Virus record (IMG/VR): IMGVR_UViG_3300042397_001305 | Span: 694-64,693 of that record | Length of the DNA: 64,000 bases | Source: a virus | Taxonomy: Duplodnaviria > Caudoviricetes | Direction: 5' to 3' (one strand) | Shown: piece after piece, positions 32,150-41,427 of the stretch | How positions within the stretch are numbered: the first letter of the stretch is position 1 | Layout: each line of letters starts with the position of its first letter | Made by a program: the position numbers and the translations under genes | The notes under the pieces: model-generated | Told to the model about the DNA's origin: nothing | The model's database searches: none | Seen by the model: the letters and a program-made list of their open reading frames with translations, nothing else

Positions 32150-35071
32150 TTAAAACTTATTTTCAACGGCCAAACATATTTCACCTCGTTCATTTATTAA
32201 TCTTGCCATATCTGTAAATGAGATAAATGCGTGACCTGATTTACCCCAAGATTTACCCCAACTATTCTTAATTCTAAATAGTCTATTAATTGTGTCAACG
32301 CCATTAATTACATAAGCGTGACCACCAGATAACGTCCCACCAATAGATATAACTCCATTAGAATTTGGGTAAAACATATTGCGATACCAATTAGTTCCCA
32401 CAACTACCGGCCCAATTTGTAATACTGTATTTATTAATGTTTGAACATCATATGCCCAATAATAATTACCAATCTTACGTGTACTGTTTAAATATTTTGC
32501 ACCACCTCTAACAGATGTTCCATTATAATTTGTTCCTGGCCACTCATCAACTAATTGTGCTTGTCGATAAATTAACGTTGGGTTTACCGGTGGTTGTACA
32601 CCTGAATGAACTACAGGTCCATCAGCAATCCAATGAGCCCAAGCGTACCCTACACATTGTGGTGTATTCCCTTGATTCCCCCACCACATATTAGCATCCC
32701 AATACTTACTTGTTAATCCAACAATTGTTGGTGTAGGTGTTGGTGTTGACATAATACCTCTTGTATTTGTTGGAGTTATTGTCGGTGTAGGTGTTGGAGT
32801 AATACTTCTTGTTTTTGTTGGTGTAGGTGTTGGAGTCGGAGTAATACTTCTTGTTTTTGTTGGTGTAGGTGTTTTAGTTGGAACTACACGTCGTACAACT
32901 CTTGTAACACTTTTAATTAATTCAAAATGGTCTTTAATTAAATAATTATTATCTCTCTCATCCGGAATATAAATCCTACCTAAATCAAATGGAGGCAGTT
33001 CTTCCGGTGTTGTTATTACATATGTAAAATCATTAACCGGACATACTTCACCACAATCCGGACAATCCGGATTAAACATATTAAAGGTATCTTTTAATAA
33101 ATTAAAATTATGTTTAACCTCATCCGCAGATAATGGTTCAACATACATTCTAAATTGAGATATTCCCCCATCAAAAGAACCTGCAAAATTTTGCTCTAAT
33201 AATATGTCAGTAGTTAGTCCACTAAATGTTGTTCCAACTAAATCATTTGTTGGTAAACATTCCGGGTCTTGGATATAAGTTGTTCCGGTTGTTGATGAGA
33301 ATGTTAAATTCTCTCTTAAACCTTGAGTACCTCCACCCCACGAAATATTATAAGGTACCCCAACTTGTTTTTCCTTATCAGTACTTAACGCTCTTGGAAT
33401 TATTTCCTCAATATCTTCAAATGTGTAGAATATTCTACCATTAATGTAAATTTTTAATCTACCTTTTCTAAAATCTTTATCGATTAACCATTTTTCATTA
33501 AGATTAACCAAATCAATTTGTTCAGGGTCTTTACCACAAGTTTGAGTATATGGTACGGTGATTAATTCAGTAGAATTACCAGCAAGACCATCTAAATATT
33601 TTTTCTCAGTGATATCACCAATACCTCCTCTATACCATAAATCACAAGTGTTTAACCAAGTGTATCTTTCCCAAACGGCTGTAATGTGGAACCAATGTTC
33701 TAAATCTAAATACGATGGATTATGTTGTAAACAATATGGGTAAATTGGTGGTGTACAATAGTTGTCTATCGTGTATCCTGTTGTATAAGTGATTCCTGTT
33801 GTTGAACAAGTTCCACTAGTTTCACATCCTCCGGTAAATCTTAAAATTCTAACACCTATTTGAGGATTATTTGGTGACCCGCATAATTTCATTGCGAACG
33901 CATTTGACATCGAATCAAACAATGGGTCACTTTCACAAGTATTCTCAACGGAACCCGGAGTTAAATTACAAGTATCACAAGTTTGACATTCATTACAAGA
34001 TATACATTGTGTGCAAGTACACCCTGAAGTACAAGCCGTGATTGGTTCACAATTTGAAGGTACCGGTACCGGAGTAGGTGTTGGTGTTGGAGTCGGGGTA
34101 GGACTTGGACAATCGTGTATTTTATATTCCCAACCACAAGTAATACAACCATCACAGTCTGCTTTGGTTGGTCTTGGTGGGTAAACATAAATACATCTAC
34201 TATTAACCACTGAATTTTCACAACAAGCGCAAGTTGTTAAACCTGTAACATTAGAAGTTACTCTAGTATATCCCGTTAAACATCTCGGATGTCCATCCGC
34301 ATAATGATAAAATTTATTTTCAGCTCGAGCCCCAAAATAAAAGAACATATCCTTATTATTAGGGTAAATTTCATTTAAAGTGGTTTCTCCACTGCTTGGG
34401 GAATATTGATTGAATAGTCTTGGTTTTAATAACATTTCAACTGACCATCCTTTATTCATCCTTTCAGGGAATATTTCATAATCATACCCAAATAATCTAT
34501 AAAACCCTTGATAGAACCCACCATATAATTCGTGGTATCTACCAACACTATCGTTCTTACTAACTACCTCATATAATATGGTATCGTCAAAACCTGAGAA
34601 TCTAACGTTAGTACTAGTATAACCTGTAACTTGGAATAATTTTAATCTTCTATCAAATGATAATCTGTTAAATTTAGTGTAGTCATTAATTCCATTGGTG
34701 AATGTAATTGATTGTCCTGTCATTGATTCAACCAACCCATTATCAATACCTGTTAACCCAATATCACAAGAGGTATTGGCGGTTAAACAACTTAAATCTA
34801 TATTTTCAGGATTGTAATAATTTTTTGAAACAAAAACATTATTAAAGTTATATTCCTTATAATTTAAAACAATTGGTTGTACCGAAATTGAATCATTAAT
34901 ATCAAAATTAATAGGTAATCTATTACCATAGGTTTCGGCAATTAAATAAGGTGAGAAAACCACTTCTTCTTTGTAGTTTCTTTCATCAGTAGATAACGTC
35001 ATATCACTAAGGTCTAACGCTAATTTTACCCCCCAATTCGGTTTCGGAAATTGATTTATATTTTGACTCAC
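32150..35071 (-). CDS. LamG/ConA-like, Cys-rich, Pro/Thr virion protein with C-terminal papain-like (C1) peptidase
   Basis: WFHITAVWER, LKIYING and GGISQFRMYVEPLSADEV (LamG); NQGNTPQCVGYAW, GGHAYVING and IKNSWGKSWG (C1 Gln/Cys/His/Asn); GTG start. Confidence 0.75.
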   Translation of the reverse strand: MSQNINQFPKPNWGVKLALDLSDMTLSTDERNYKEEVVFSPYLIAETYGNRLPINFDINDSISVQPIVLNYKEYNFNNVFVSKNYYNPENIDLSCLTANTSCDIGLTGIDNGLVESMTGQSITFTNGINDYTKFNRLSFDRRLKLFQVTGYTSTNVRFSGFDDTILYEVVSKNDSVGRYHELYGGFYQGFYRLFGYDYEIFPERMNKGWSVEMLLKPRLFNQYSPSSGETTLNEIYPNNKDMFFYFGARAENKFYHYADGHPRCLTGYTRVTSNVTGLTTCACCENSVVNSRCIYVYPPRPTKADCDGCITCGWEYKIHDCPSPTPTPTPTPTPVPVPSNCEPITACTSGCTCTQCISCNECQTCDTCNLTPGSVENTCESDPLFDSMSNAFAMKLCGSPNNPQIGVRILRFTGGCETSGTCSTTGITYTTGYTIDNYCTPPIYPYCLQHNPSYLDLEHWFHITAVWERYTWLNTCDLWYRGGIGDITEKKYLDGLAGNSTELITVPYTQTCGKDPEQIDLVNLNEKWLIDKDFRKGRLKIYINGRIFYTFEDIEEIIPRALSTDKEKQVGVPYNISWGGGTQGLRENLTFSSTTGTTYIQDPECLPTNDLVGTTFSGLTTDILLEQNFAGSFDGGISQFRMYVEPLSADEVKHNFNLLKDTFNMFNPDCPDCGEVCPVNDFTYVITTPEELPPFDLGRIYIPDERDNNYLIKDHFELIKSVTRVVRRVVPTKTPTPTKTRSITPTPTPTPTKTRSITPTPTPTITPTNTRGIMSTPTPTPTIVGLTSKYWDANMWWGNQGNTPQCVGYAWAHWIADGPVVHSGVQPPVNPTLIYRQAQLVDEWPGTNYNGTSVRGGAKYLNSTRKIGNYYWAYDVQTLINTVLQIGPVVVGTNWYRNMFYPNSNGVISIGGTLSGGHAYVINGVDTINRLFRIKNSWGKSWGKSGHAFISFTDMARLINERGEICLAVENKF

Positions 35072-35083
35072 AATCTTTTTTAT

Positions 35084-35112
35084 GATAAATAGTCAGAAAC
35101 GAAGTATTTATA
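35084..35112. promoter_or_regulatory. back-to-back divergent TATTTAT late promoters
   Basis: TATTTATC on the minus strand (35084-35091) before GTG 35071, and TATTTATA on the plus strand (35105-35112) before ATG 35127. Confidence 0.65.
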
Positions 35113-35126
35113 TATAAAAAGTTGAT

Positions 35127-35963
35127 ATGATTAATTTTAATACCGAATATTTTGGAAACAATTGTTACTTTTATATTAAAGATAGAGGTAACAAAATATC
35201 CCTTTATTATAATGTGGCCGACACTTTAACGGAATCAAGAAAGTCTGACGATAAAATTGAGTTTGATAAAAAAGACGAAAAAAAAGTTAAAGGTATGATT
35301 TCCGCAGCGTTAAAAACAAAATCAAAAGTAACGAAGAAAGGTTTAGATAAAAAACTTAAGGGAATTAAATCTAAAGAAGAAATTGACGAATTGGTTGATG
35401 AAGACGGTGGTTTATTAGGGTCTAGAATTCCAGACATTAATCACGCTTTATCACCAAGAAAAACTACCGACCAATATGTTGCGATGTCAAGAACAACAAA
35501 TGACCCGGTAACACGAGGTTATAGAGTTTATTATGGTGAGAGTGAGGAAGGTTCTGATAAAATAATTAATGAAGTTGATTATTCTGAAGCTTTCGGATAC
35601 GAAGAAACAAAAGATATGGATTTTAAAAATACAGTTAAAACCCTTAAAGAAATGGGGGTTGAAAATGCTGTTGAAAGAGCCAAAGAGTTTGGTAAATTAC
35701 CAAAAGCAAAAAAACAACACGGTGAATTAAAACAACGATTATCTGAAAAAGAAAGTATTGAAGAACACCAAAAAAATATGATGGCTAAAATGGTTGAGGA
35801 TATTTTAACAAAAAAATCAAAAGATGATTCTGACGTTATTAAAAACACCGGTATTAGTAAAATTTTAAAGAAAAACCTTAAATCAATTAAAAATATTGCA
35901 GACAAAGAAGGTATTAGTGTTAATATGTTAATAAAAGCGTTAAAATCGTCAGACGATGAATAG
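35127..35963 (+). CDS. hypothetical protein, probably head-associated
   Basis: 278-aa ORF after a late motif; contains LTES, IINE and LSE putative prohead-protease sites. Confidence 0.6.
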   Translation: MINFNTEYFGNNCYFYIKDRGNKISLYYNVADTLTESRKSDDKIEFDKKDEKKVKGMISAALKTKSKVTKKGLDKKLKGIKSKEEIDELVDEDGGLLGSRIPDINHALSPRKTTDQYVAMSRTTNDPVTRGYRVYYGESEEGSDKIINEVDYSEAFGYEETKDMDFKNTVKTLKEMGVENAVERAKEFGKLPKAKKQHGELKQRLSEKESIEEHQKNMMAKMVEDILTKKSKDDSDVIKNTGISKILKKNLKSIKNIADKEGISVNMLIKALKSSDDE

Positions 35964-36426
35964 TGACTTATACGGAAAAGTTTTTGATGTACCTCAAGAT
36001 GTTGTAGATTATCTACACCAATGTCATTCGGCTGCCGGAGATGTTGATGAAACTACTGAAGGATATAAAAGAAATAAAGAGTTAAGAGAAAAAAAACAAG
36101 TTACTTATCAACAACTTAAGAGAATAAAGAATTGGTTTGATGAGTTCAATGGTCACGAGGATGAAATACCTCATATCTTAAATGGTGGTCACTATGTTAA
36201 AAATTGGGTGAACAATACATTACAAGGTAAAAGAGATGATATTGAATTGACAAAACAAAACAAATCTGTAGTTCTACCTAATCAACAAATTGATGTTCAC
36301 GATAAAAATGATATAAGAACAATGAATAGACCAAGTAAAAGTCATAGTTCATCTGTTAATCAATATAATACCGACATTACTGAAAACTTAAAAAGAATAA
36401 ACGAACTAATAAAAAAAATATTATAA
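35956..36426 (+). CDS. hypothetical protein
   Basis: 156-aa ORF coupled to the upstream gene; ends DITENLKRINELIKK. Confidence 0.6.
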   Translation: MNSDLYGKVFDVPQDVVDYLHQCHSAAGDVDETTEGYKRNKELREKKQVTYQQLKRIKNWFDEFNGHEDEIPHILNGGHYVKNWVNNTLQGKRDDIELTKQNKSVVLPNQQIDVHDKNDIRTMNRPSKSHSSSVNQYNTDITENLKRINELIKKIL

Positions 36427-36427
36427 T

Positions 36428-36724
36428 ATGGCAAATTTAGAACCTTTAGATTTCGCACAACCGGATAATAAATTATCTCAAATTGCAGCCGCTCAAAGAG
36501 CGTTATTATTCCCAAAAAACGATTATAAAGACACTGCTAACGAATACTCAGCAGTTAACCCTGACGCTCTTGCAACTGGAGATGCTCAAGGTAAAGGTAC
36601 AGGTGGGGACTTAGACACTAATAATGAAAGTGCCGGAGCAATCCAAGATATCCTTGAAAGAAAATCAGAACTTGTATTTAATCAATACAAATCAAATTCT
36701 CCTTATACAACACCAAGTGCATAA
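36428..36724 (+). CDS. hypothetical protein
   Basis: 98-aa ORF in a tightly packed operon. Confidence 0.6.
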   Translation: MANLEPLDFAQPDNKLSQIAAAQRALLFPKNDYKDTANEYSAVNPDALATGDAQGKGTGGDLDTNNESAGAIQDILERKSELVFNQYKSNSPYTTPSA

Positions 36725-37131
36725 TGAAACTTTACAACACATTTAAATCTCTTATTTTAGAAGTAGCGTCTGTTGACTCAATTGTCAACGCTATAAAAAA
36801 TAGAGATAAAATTGTCGTATACTACGATGGTGATGAACCAGGTGGTCGTGGTCTAAGAACTATTGAACCTGTTTGTTTCGGATATTCTAAAGCCGGTAAC
36901 CCTGTGTTACGAGCTTGGGATAATGAAGGAGCGTCTCATACCGCATATAAAGGAGAACAACCTTTACCGGGGTGGAGATTATTCAGAGCCGACAAAATCG
37001 CGTCATTCAAACCCACAGGTGAGAAATTCAACGAACCAAAACCAGGGTATAATCCAAGAGGTGATAAAGGTATGACAAGAGTTATTATAAACGCAGTTTT
37101 TGGTCAACCAACAACTGAACCAATACAATAA
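36724..37131 (+). CDS. stand-alone WYL-domain protein
   Basis: AIKNRDKIVVYY..RTIEPVCFG..LRAWD..WRLFRADKI matches the WYL pattern; no wHTH domain. Confidence 0.75.
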   Translation: MKLYNTFKSLILEVASVDSIVNAIKNRDKIVVYYDGDEPGGRGLRTIEPVCFGYSKAGNPVLRAWDNEGASHTAYKGEQPLPGWRLFRADKIASFKPTGEKFNEPKPGYNPRGDKGMTRVIINAVFGQPTTEPIQ

Positions 37132-37134
37132 AAT

Positions 37135-37752
37135 ATGAACAGCGAATCTGATTTAATTCAAAAATTAATGATATCCAAACAAATAATGGATAAACACAAT
37201 CAAACACCAAGAGGTAATATGCCGTCAATGGACTCTTATAGTTCACCTGATGTAGAATCTTATGAACCAGTTGGGGCAAAATATAATATCCCACAAGAAT
37301 TCTTACAAGAATCACAATCAAACGAACCTTATTTATCTTCATTACCAAAAACACCAACAATGCCACAAGCGGTTACTAAAGATAGAGTTATGTCATCAAA
37401 TCTTCCTGACGAAATCAAAAGATTAATGATTGAGCATCCAATCGAACAACCGTCATCAATGGGGGGTGGGGCAACATTATCAAATGATTTAGTTGAAAAA
37501 GCAGCAAGATTAATGAATACCGACGCAAGAGGTAATCAACCAAAACAAAGAGTTCAAGAACAATCTCAACCACAGTCATCAAACTTTAATATGAAAGAAT
37601 TAAAGTCTATGCTTCGTGAAGTTGTAGAGGAAGTCTTACAAGAAAACGGAATTTTATCAGAATCAGAACAAAAATCAAATGAAGTCTTTTCTTTTAAAGT
37701 AGGAAAACATATATTTGAAGGTAAGGTTACTAAGATAAAAAAAATCTCTTAA
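37135..37752 (+). CDS. hypothetical protein, probably head-associated
   Basis: 205-aa ORF with LKSMLREVVEEVLQE and ILSES motifs. Confidence 0.6.
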   Translation: MNSESDLIQKLMISKQIMDKHNQTPRGNMPSMDSYSSPDVESYEPVGAKYNIPQEFLQESQSNEPYLSSLPKTPTMPQAVTKDRVMSSNLPDEIKRLMIEHPIEQPSSMGGGATLSNDLVEKAARLMNTDARGNQPKQRVQEQSQPQSSNFNMKELKSMLREVVEEVLQENGILSESEQKSNEVFSFKVGKHIFEGKVTKIKKIS

Positions 37753-37772
37753 CTTTATTTACTCTCAAGACT

Positions 37773-37802
37773 AACCCTCATCTACCAAGTTGGGGGTTTT
37801 TT
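37773..37802 (+). terminator. rho-independent terminator
   Basis: AACCCTCA...TGGGGGTT hairpin followed by a T run. Confidence 0.7.
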
Positions 37803-37814
37803 GTTTTTATATGG

Positions 37815-37843
37815 TTGATATTCTTTTTATTTCTTCTTATATT
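37815..37843 (+). promoter_or_regulatory. sigma70-like (early/middle) promoter
   Basis: TTGATA-17 nt-TATATT, 20 nt before ATG 37864. Confidence 0.5.
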
Positions 37844-37863
37844 TTCGGATATAATTTAACACT

Positions 37864-39084
37864 ATGAAAGAAAAAATTAATGTATTAGTATTACCCTCAG
37901 ATAAAACAGGTGTTGGGAAATTTAGGTCTGTTGACCCTCACGTATTTCTACAAAACTTATATCCGGATGATTTTCACGTAGATATCGACTACGAACCACA
38001 GATAAATAACATCAATTATTGGAAGAAATATCAGATAATTCACGCACATAGAACTATCGGTCAAGATTACAATATGGCACCTAATTTAATTGAATGGTTA
38101 AAATCGTTAGGTATTATTGTTATTGTGGATTTGGACGATTATTGGTTACCAACAAAAGAACATCCTATTCATAGTCTTATTGTTCAAAATAAAATTGACG
38201 AAAAAATTAAAGCCAACTTAAAAGTTGCGTCGTATGTTACGACGACTACGGATATTTTTGCAAATGAAATAAGAAAAATTAACAAAAACGTTATCGTATT
38301 CCCAAACGCGATTAATCCTAAAGAACCTCAATTTAATCAACCAACTCCACCATCAGACAAAATTAGAGTTGGGTGGTTAGGTGGGTCATCTCACTTACAC
38401 GATTTGGCACTTATGGATGGTTTTGTACAAAAAAATAGTATGATAAACGATAAATTACAATATGTAATTTGTGGGTTTGATATTAGAGGTACTGTAACTG
38501 AAGTTAATCCTCAAACAGGTGAACAAAAACAAAGAAATATTTTACCACACGAAACTGTATGGGCAAGGTATGAAGAAATTTTCACATCAAATTATAAAAC
38601 AACTGATGAGGAATATAAAAAATTCTTATTAAACTTCAAAGAAGAAGAATATAAATCAAATACTGAATTACCATATGTTAGAGTTTGGACAAAACCGGTT
38701 AACACATACGCTATGAATTATTCAAAATTTGACATATCTTTAGCACCTATTAAAAACCACATCTTTAATAGAATGAAATCTCAATTAAAAGTTATTGAGG
38801 CAGGATTTTATAAGAAAGCATTAATTGCCTCGGAAATTGGTCCATATACAATTGATTTAGTTCATTGTTTGAAAAATGGTGAGTTTAATGATAATGGTAA
38901 TGCTATTTTAATACCTGAAAATAGAAATCATAGTGACTGGTCTAAATCAATTAAAAAATTGGTGGATAACCCTGAAATGATTACCGAGTTAGGTGAGAGA
39001 TTATATAATACCGTAAAAGACAAATATGACCTTAATAAGGTTACAGATGAAAGAGCGTCTTGGTACAAAAGTTTAATTAATTAA
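37864..39084 (+). CDS. GT-B (GT4-like) glycosyltransferase
   Basis: VDLDDYW, VGWLGGSSH and FDISLAPI..FNRMKSQLKVIEAG motifs. Confidence 0.8.
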   Translation: MKEKINVLVLPSDKTGVGKFRSVDPHVFLQNLYPDDFHVDIDYEPQINNINYWKKYQIIHAHRTIGQDYNMAPNLIEWLKSLGIIVIVDLDDYWLPTKEHPIHSLIVQNKIDEKIKANLKVASYVTTTTDIFANEIRKINKNVIVFPNAINPKEPQFNQPTPPSDKIRVGWLGGSSHLHDLALMDGFVQKNSMINDKLQYVICGFDIRGTVTEVNPQTGEQKQRNILPHETVWARYEEIFTSNYKTTDEEYKKFLLNFKEEEYKSNTELPYVRVWTKPVNTYAMNYSKFDISLAPIKNHIFNRMKSQLKVIEAGFYKKALIASEIGPYTIDLVHCLKNGEFNDNGNAILIPENRNHSDWSKSIKKLVDNPEMITELGERLYNTVKDKYDLNKVTDERASWYKSLIN

Positions 39085-39086
39085 TA

Positions 39087-39542
39087 ATGAATACAAAAAA
39101 AACAATCGGATTTACCGCAGGTAACTTTGACTTACTTCATCCGGGTTACATCTATACCTTTGAGGAGGCAAAACGTCATTGTGATTACTTTATGGTCTTT
39201 TTACAACGAGACCCTTCTGAAACAAGAAATACCAAATATAAACCGGTAATTCCTTTGTACGAAAGATATAAAACATTAATGTCAATTAAATACATTGATG
39301 AGGTTGTCACATATCAAACAGAAGAAGACTTGATTCAATTAATGGAATTTTATAAACCGGATATTAGAATATTAGGGGATGATTATATTGGTAAAAGATT
39401 TACCGGTGACCATTTACCAATTAAAGTAATTTACACAACAAGGTCACATAATTGGTCAACAACTAAAATAAAAGATTTAATTACGCAACAAACAATAAAA
39501 CAAAACCCAGATATAATTAAAAATTTAGAATCAAATGATTAA
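39087..39542 (+). CDS. cytidylyltransferase (TagD/glycerol-3-phosphate CT-like)
   Basis: FTAGNFDLLHPGY, ER..LMSIKYIDEV, GDDY and RSHNWSTT motifs. Confidence 0.8.
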   Translation: MNTKKTIGFTAGNFDLLHPGYIYTFEEAKRHCDYFMVFLQRDPSETRNTKYKPVIPLYERYKTLMSIKYIDEVVTYQTEEDLIQLMEFYKPDIRILGDDYIGKRFTGDHLPIKVIYTTRSHNWSTTKIKDLITQQTIKQNPDIIKNLESND

Positions 39543-40236
39543 AATACCTTTAACTAAAATATTATTTTTAGACATAGAAACCGTAGGTGGATGTAAAAAC
39601 TATACTGAATGTAAAGTTAACAATCCAAATGTTGCGAAACAATTTGAGAAATATTTTGATTGGTTCCAAAAACGATTTCCGGAAGATGCTGGATTTTCTG
39701 CCGATAAAGTTTTTGAAAAAAGAGCTGCGTTAGTTCCGGAGTTTGCAAAAATTGTTTGTGTTAGTGTTGCCTTTGTTATGGATAATGGAGACATTAAAAA
39801 ACAATCATTTTCAGGTGATGATGAAAAAGTATTATTGAAAGAATGTCAAACATTACTTAATCGTTGTGGTAAGTTAGATTTTTATTTATGTGGACATAAC
39901 CTTAAGAATTTTGATATCCCGATGTTGGCTAAGAGAATGATTATTAATGGATTAATGCCACCAACACTTTTACCATCATACGATACCAAACCGTGGGAAA
40001 TTAAAGCAATTGATACTAAAGAAATTTGGCAATACGGTGCTTACACCGCAATTGGTTCATTAGATTTAATGTGTTCTTGTATGGAGGTTCCTTCACCAAA
40101 AGAAGGTGACGTAACCGGAGATAAAGTTCACGACGCATATTGGAATCAAAATATGTTACCTGAAATCACGGCTTACTGTGAACGAGATGTGTTAGTATTA
40201 ATTGATGTTATAAAAAAATTAAAAGAATTAGAATAA
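39535..40236 (+). CDS. PolB-like DEDD 3'-5' exonuclease
   Basis: LFLDIETV, GHNLKNFDIP and YCERDV (Exo I-III). Confidence 0.85.
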   Translation: MIKIPLTKILFLDIETVGGCKNYTECKVNNPNVAKQFEKYFDWFQKRFPEDAGFSADKVFEKRAALVPEFAKIVCVSVAFVMDNGDIKKQSFSGDDEKVLLKECQTLLNRCGKLDFYLCGHNLKNFDIPMLAKRMIINGLMPPTLLPSYDTKPWEIKAIDTKEIWQYGAYTAIGSLDLMCSCMEVPSPKEGDVTGDKVHDAYWNQNMLPEITAYCERDVLVLIDVIKKLKELE

Positions 40237-40850
40237 TGAGTGAATTTGAAGATTTAAACGAATTAAGAAATAAAGTTCTTAAATTACAAGAATCATTATC
40301 TCAAGAAATGGGTGAAATGAGTTATGAAGACATTTTAAATGAAATGGATATTGACATACACCAGTTAGAAAAAGATATGATTGACAATAAAAACCTTTTA
40401 ACTTTAGGTTATAAAGTTTTACATCCTGACGCTACTTTACCTAAATATAATTATGGTAGTGATTCAGGATTTGATTTACACTCTGTTGATGAAATTGAAA
40501 TTCCTGGTTTCGGTAGAGCTCTTGTCCCAACCGGTTTATCTTTTGATATCCAAGATGGATATGAGATACAAGTTAGAACTAAAAGTGGTCTAGCAATCAA
40601 TCAAGGACTTATGGTGTTAAACTCACCGGGAACCGTAGATAACGGATATACAGGAGAAGTTAAAGCAATAATCTTTAACACCAATCCAACATCGGTTACA
40701 ATACCAAAAGGTATGAAAGTAGGTCAAGCGGTTTTATGTCCTGTAGTAAATGGAGGTTGGGTAGATTTAAAACCAATAAATAAAATAAACGAAAAGGAAC
40801 GAGGTTCAAATGGATTTGGTTCAACAGGTATCTTTGATACATTAAAATAA
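40236..40850 (+). CDS. dut: trimeric dUTPase with N-terminal acidic extension
   Basis: SGFDL, RTKSGLA, NSPGTVDNGYTGEV, GQAV and RGSNGFGSTG motifs. Confidence 0.95.
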   Translation: MSEFEDLNELRNKVLKLQESLSQEMGEMSYEDILNEMDIDIHQLEKDMIDNKNLLTLGYKVLHPDATLPKYNYGSDSGFDLHSVDEIEIPGFGRALVPTGLSFDIQDGYEIQVRTKSGLAINQGLMVLNSPGTVDNGYTGEVKAIIFNTNPTSVTIPKGMKVGQAVLCPVVNGGWVDLKPINKINEKERGSNGFGSTGIFDTLK

Positions 40851-40863
40851 ACAAATAAAAAAT

Positions 40864-41424
40864 ATGATACATCAAACAGGATTTTGGCATAAAGATTTTG
40901 CCGAACCACATCACATTCATAGCCCAAATGTTAGTAAATGGATAAGTGAATTTTTATCAGATAAAAAAGATAACCAAATTTATGATTTTGGTTGTGGAAT
41001 GGGAAATTATTTAAATGATTTACATTCAAATAATTTTACTAAACTAATTGGTTTGGAAGCCGAGCCACCAAAAACAGATTACGAGTTTAAAATTAATAGT
41101 CAAAATTTGGCACACCCATTTACTTTAGATGAAAAAGGTGTTGTGATTTGTTTAGAAGTTGGAGAACATTTACCAAAAGAATATCAAGATGTGTTTTTAG
41201 ATAATATCGCAAATAATTGTTCGGATTATCTTATTACATCTTGGGCGGTTAAAGGTCAAGGTGGTTATGGTCACTATAATGAATTAAATAATGATGAAAT
41301 AATCCCTGAAATAACTAAAAGAGGTTTTACTTATTTACCTGAAAAATCTAATGAACTTAGATTAGTAGTTGAGGATTTTTGTTCTTATTTTAGAAATACA
41401 TTAATGGTCTTTAAAAAAGATTAA
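40864..41424 (+). CDS. class I SAM-dependent methyltransferase
   Basis: YDFGCGMG, CLEVGEHL and GQGGYGHYNE motifs. Confidence 0.85.
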   Translation: MIHQTGFWHKDFAEPHHIHSPNVSKWISEFLSDKKDNQIYDFGCGMGNYLNDLHSNNFTKLIGLEAEPPKTDYEFKINSQNLAHPFTLDEKGVVICLEVGEHLPKEYQDVFLDNIANNCSDYLITSWAVKGQGGYGHYNELNNDEIIPEITKRGFTYLPEKSNELRLVVEDFCSYFRNTLMVFKKD

Positions 41425-41427
41425 ATT

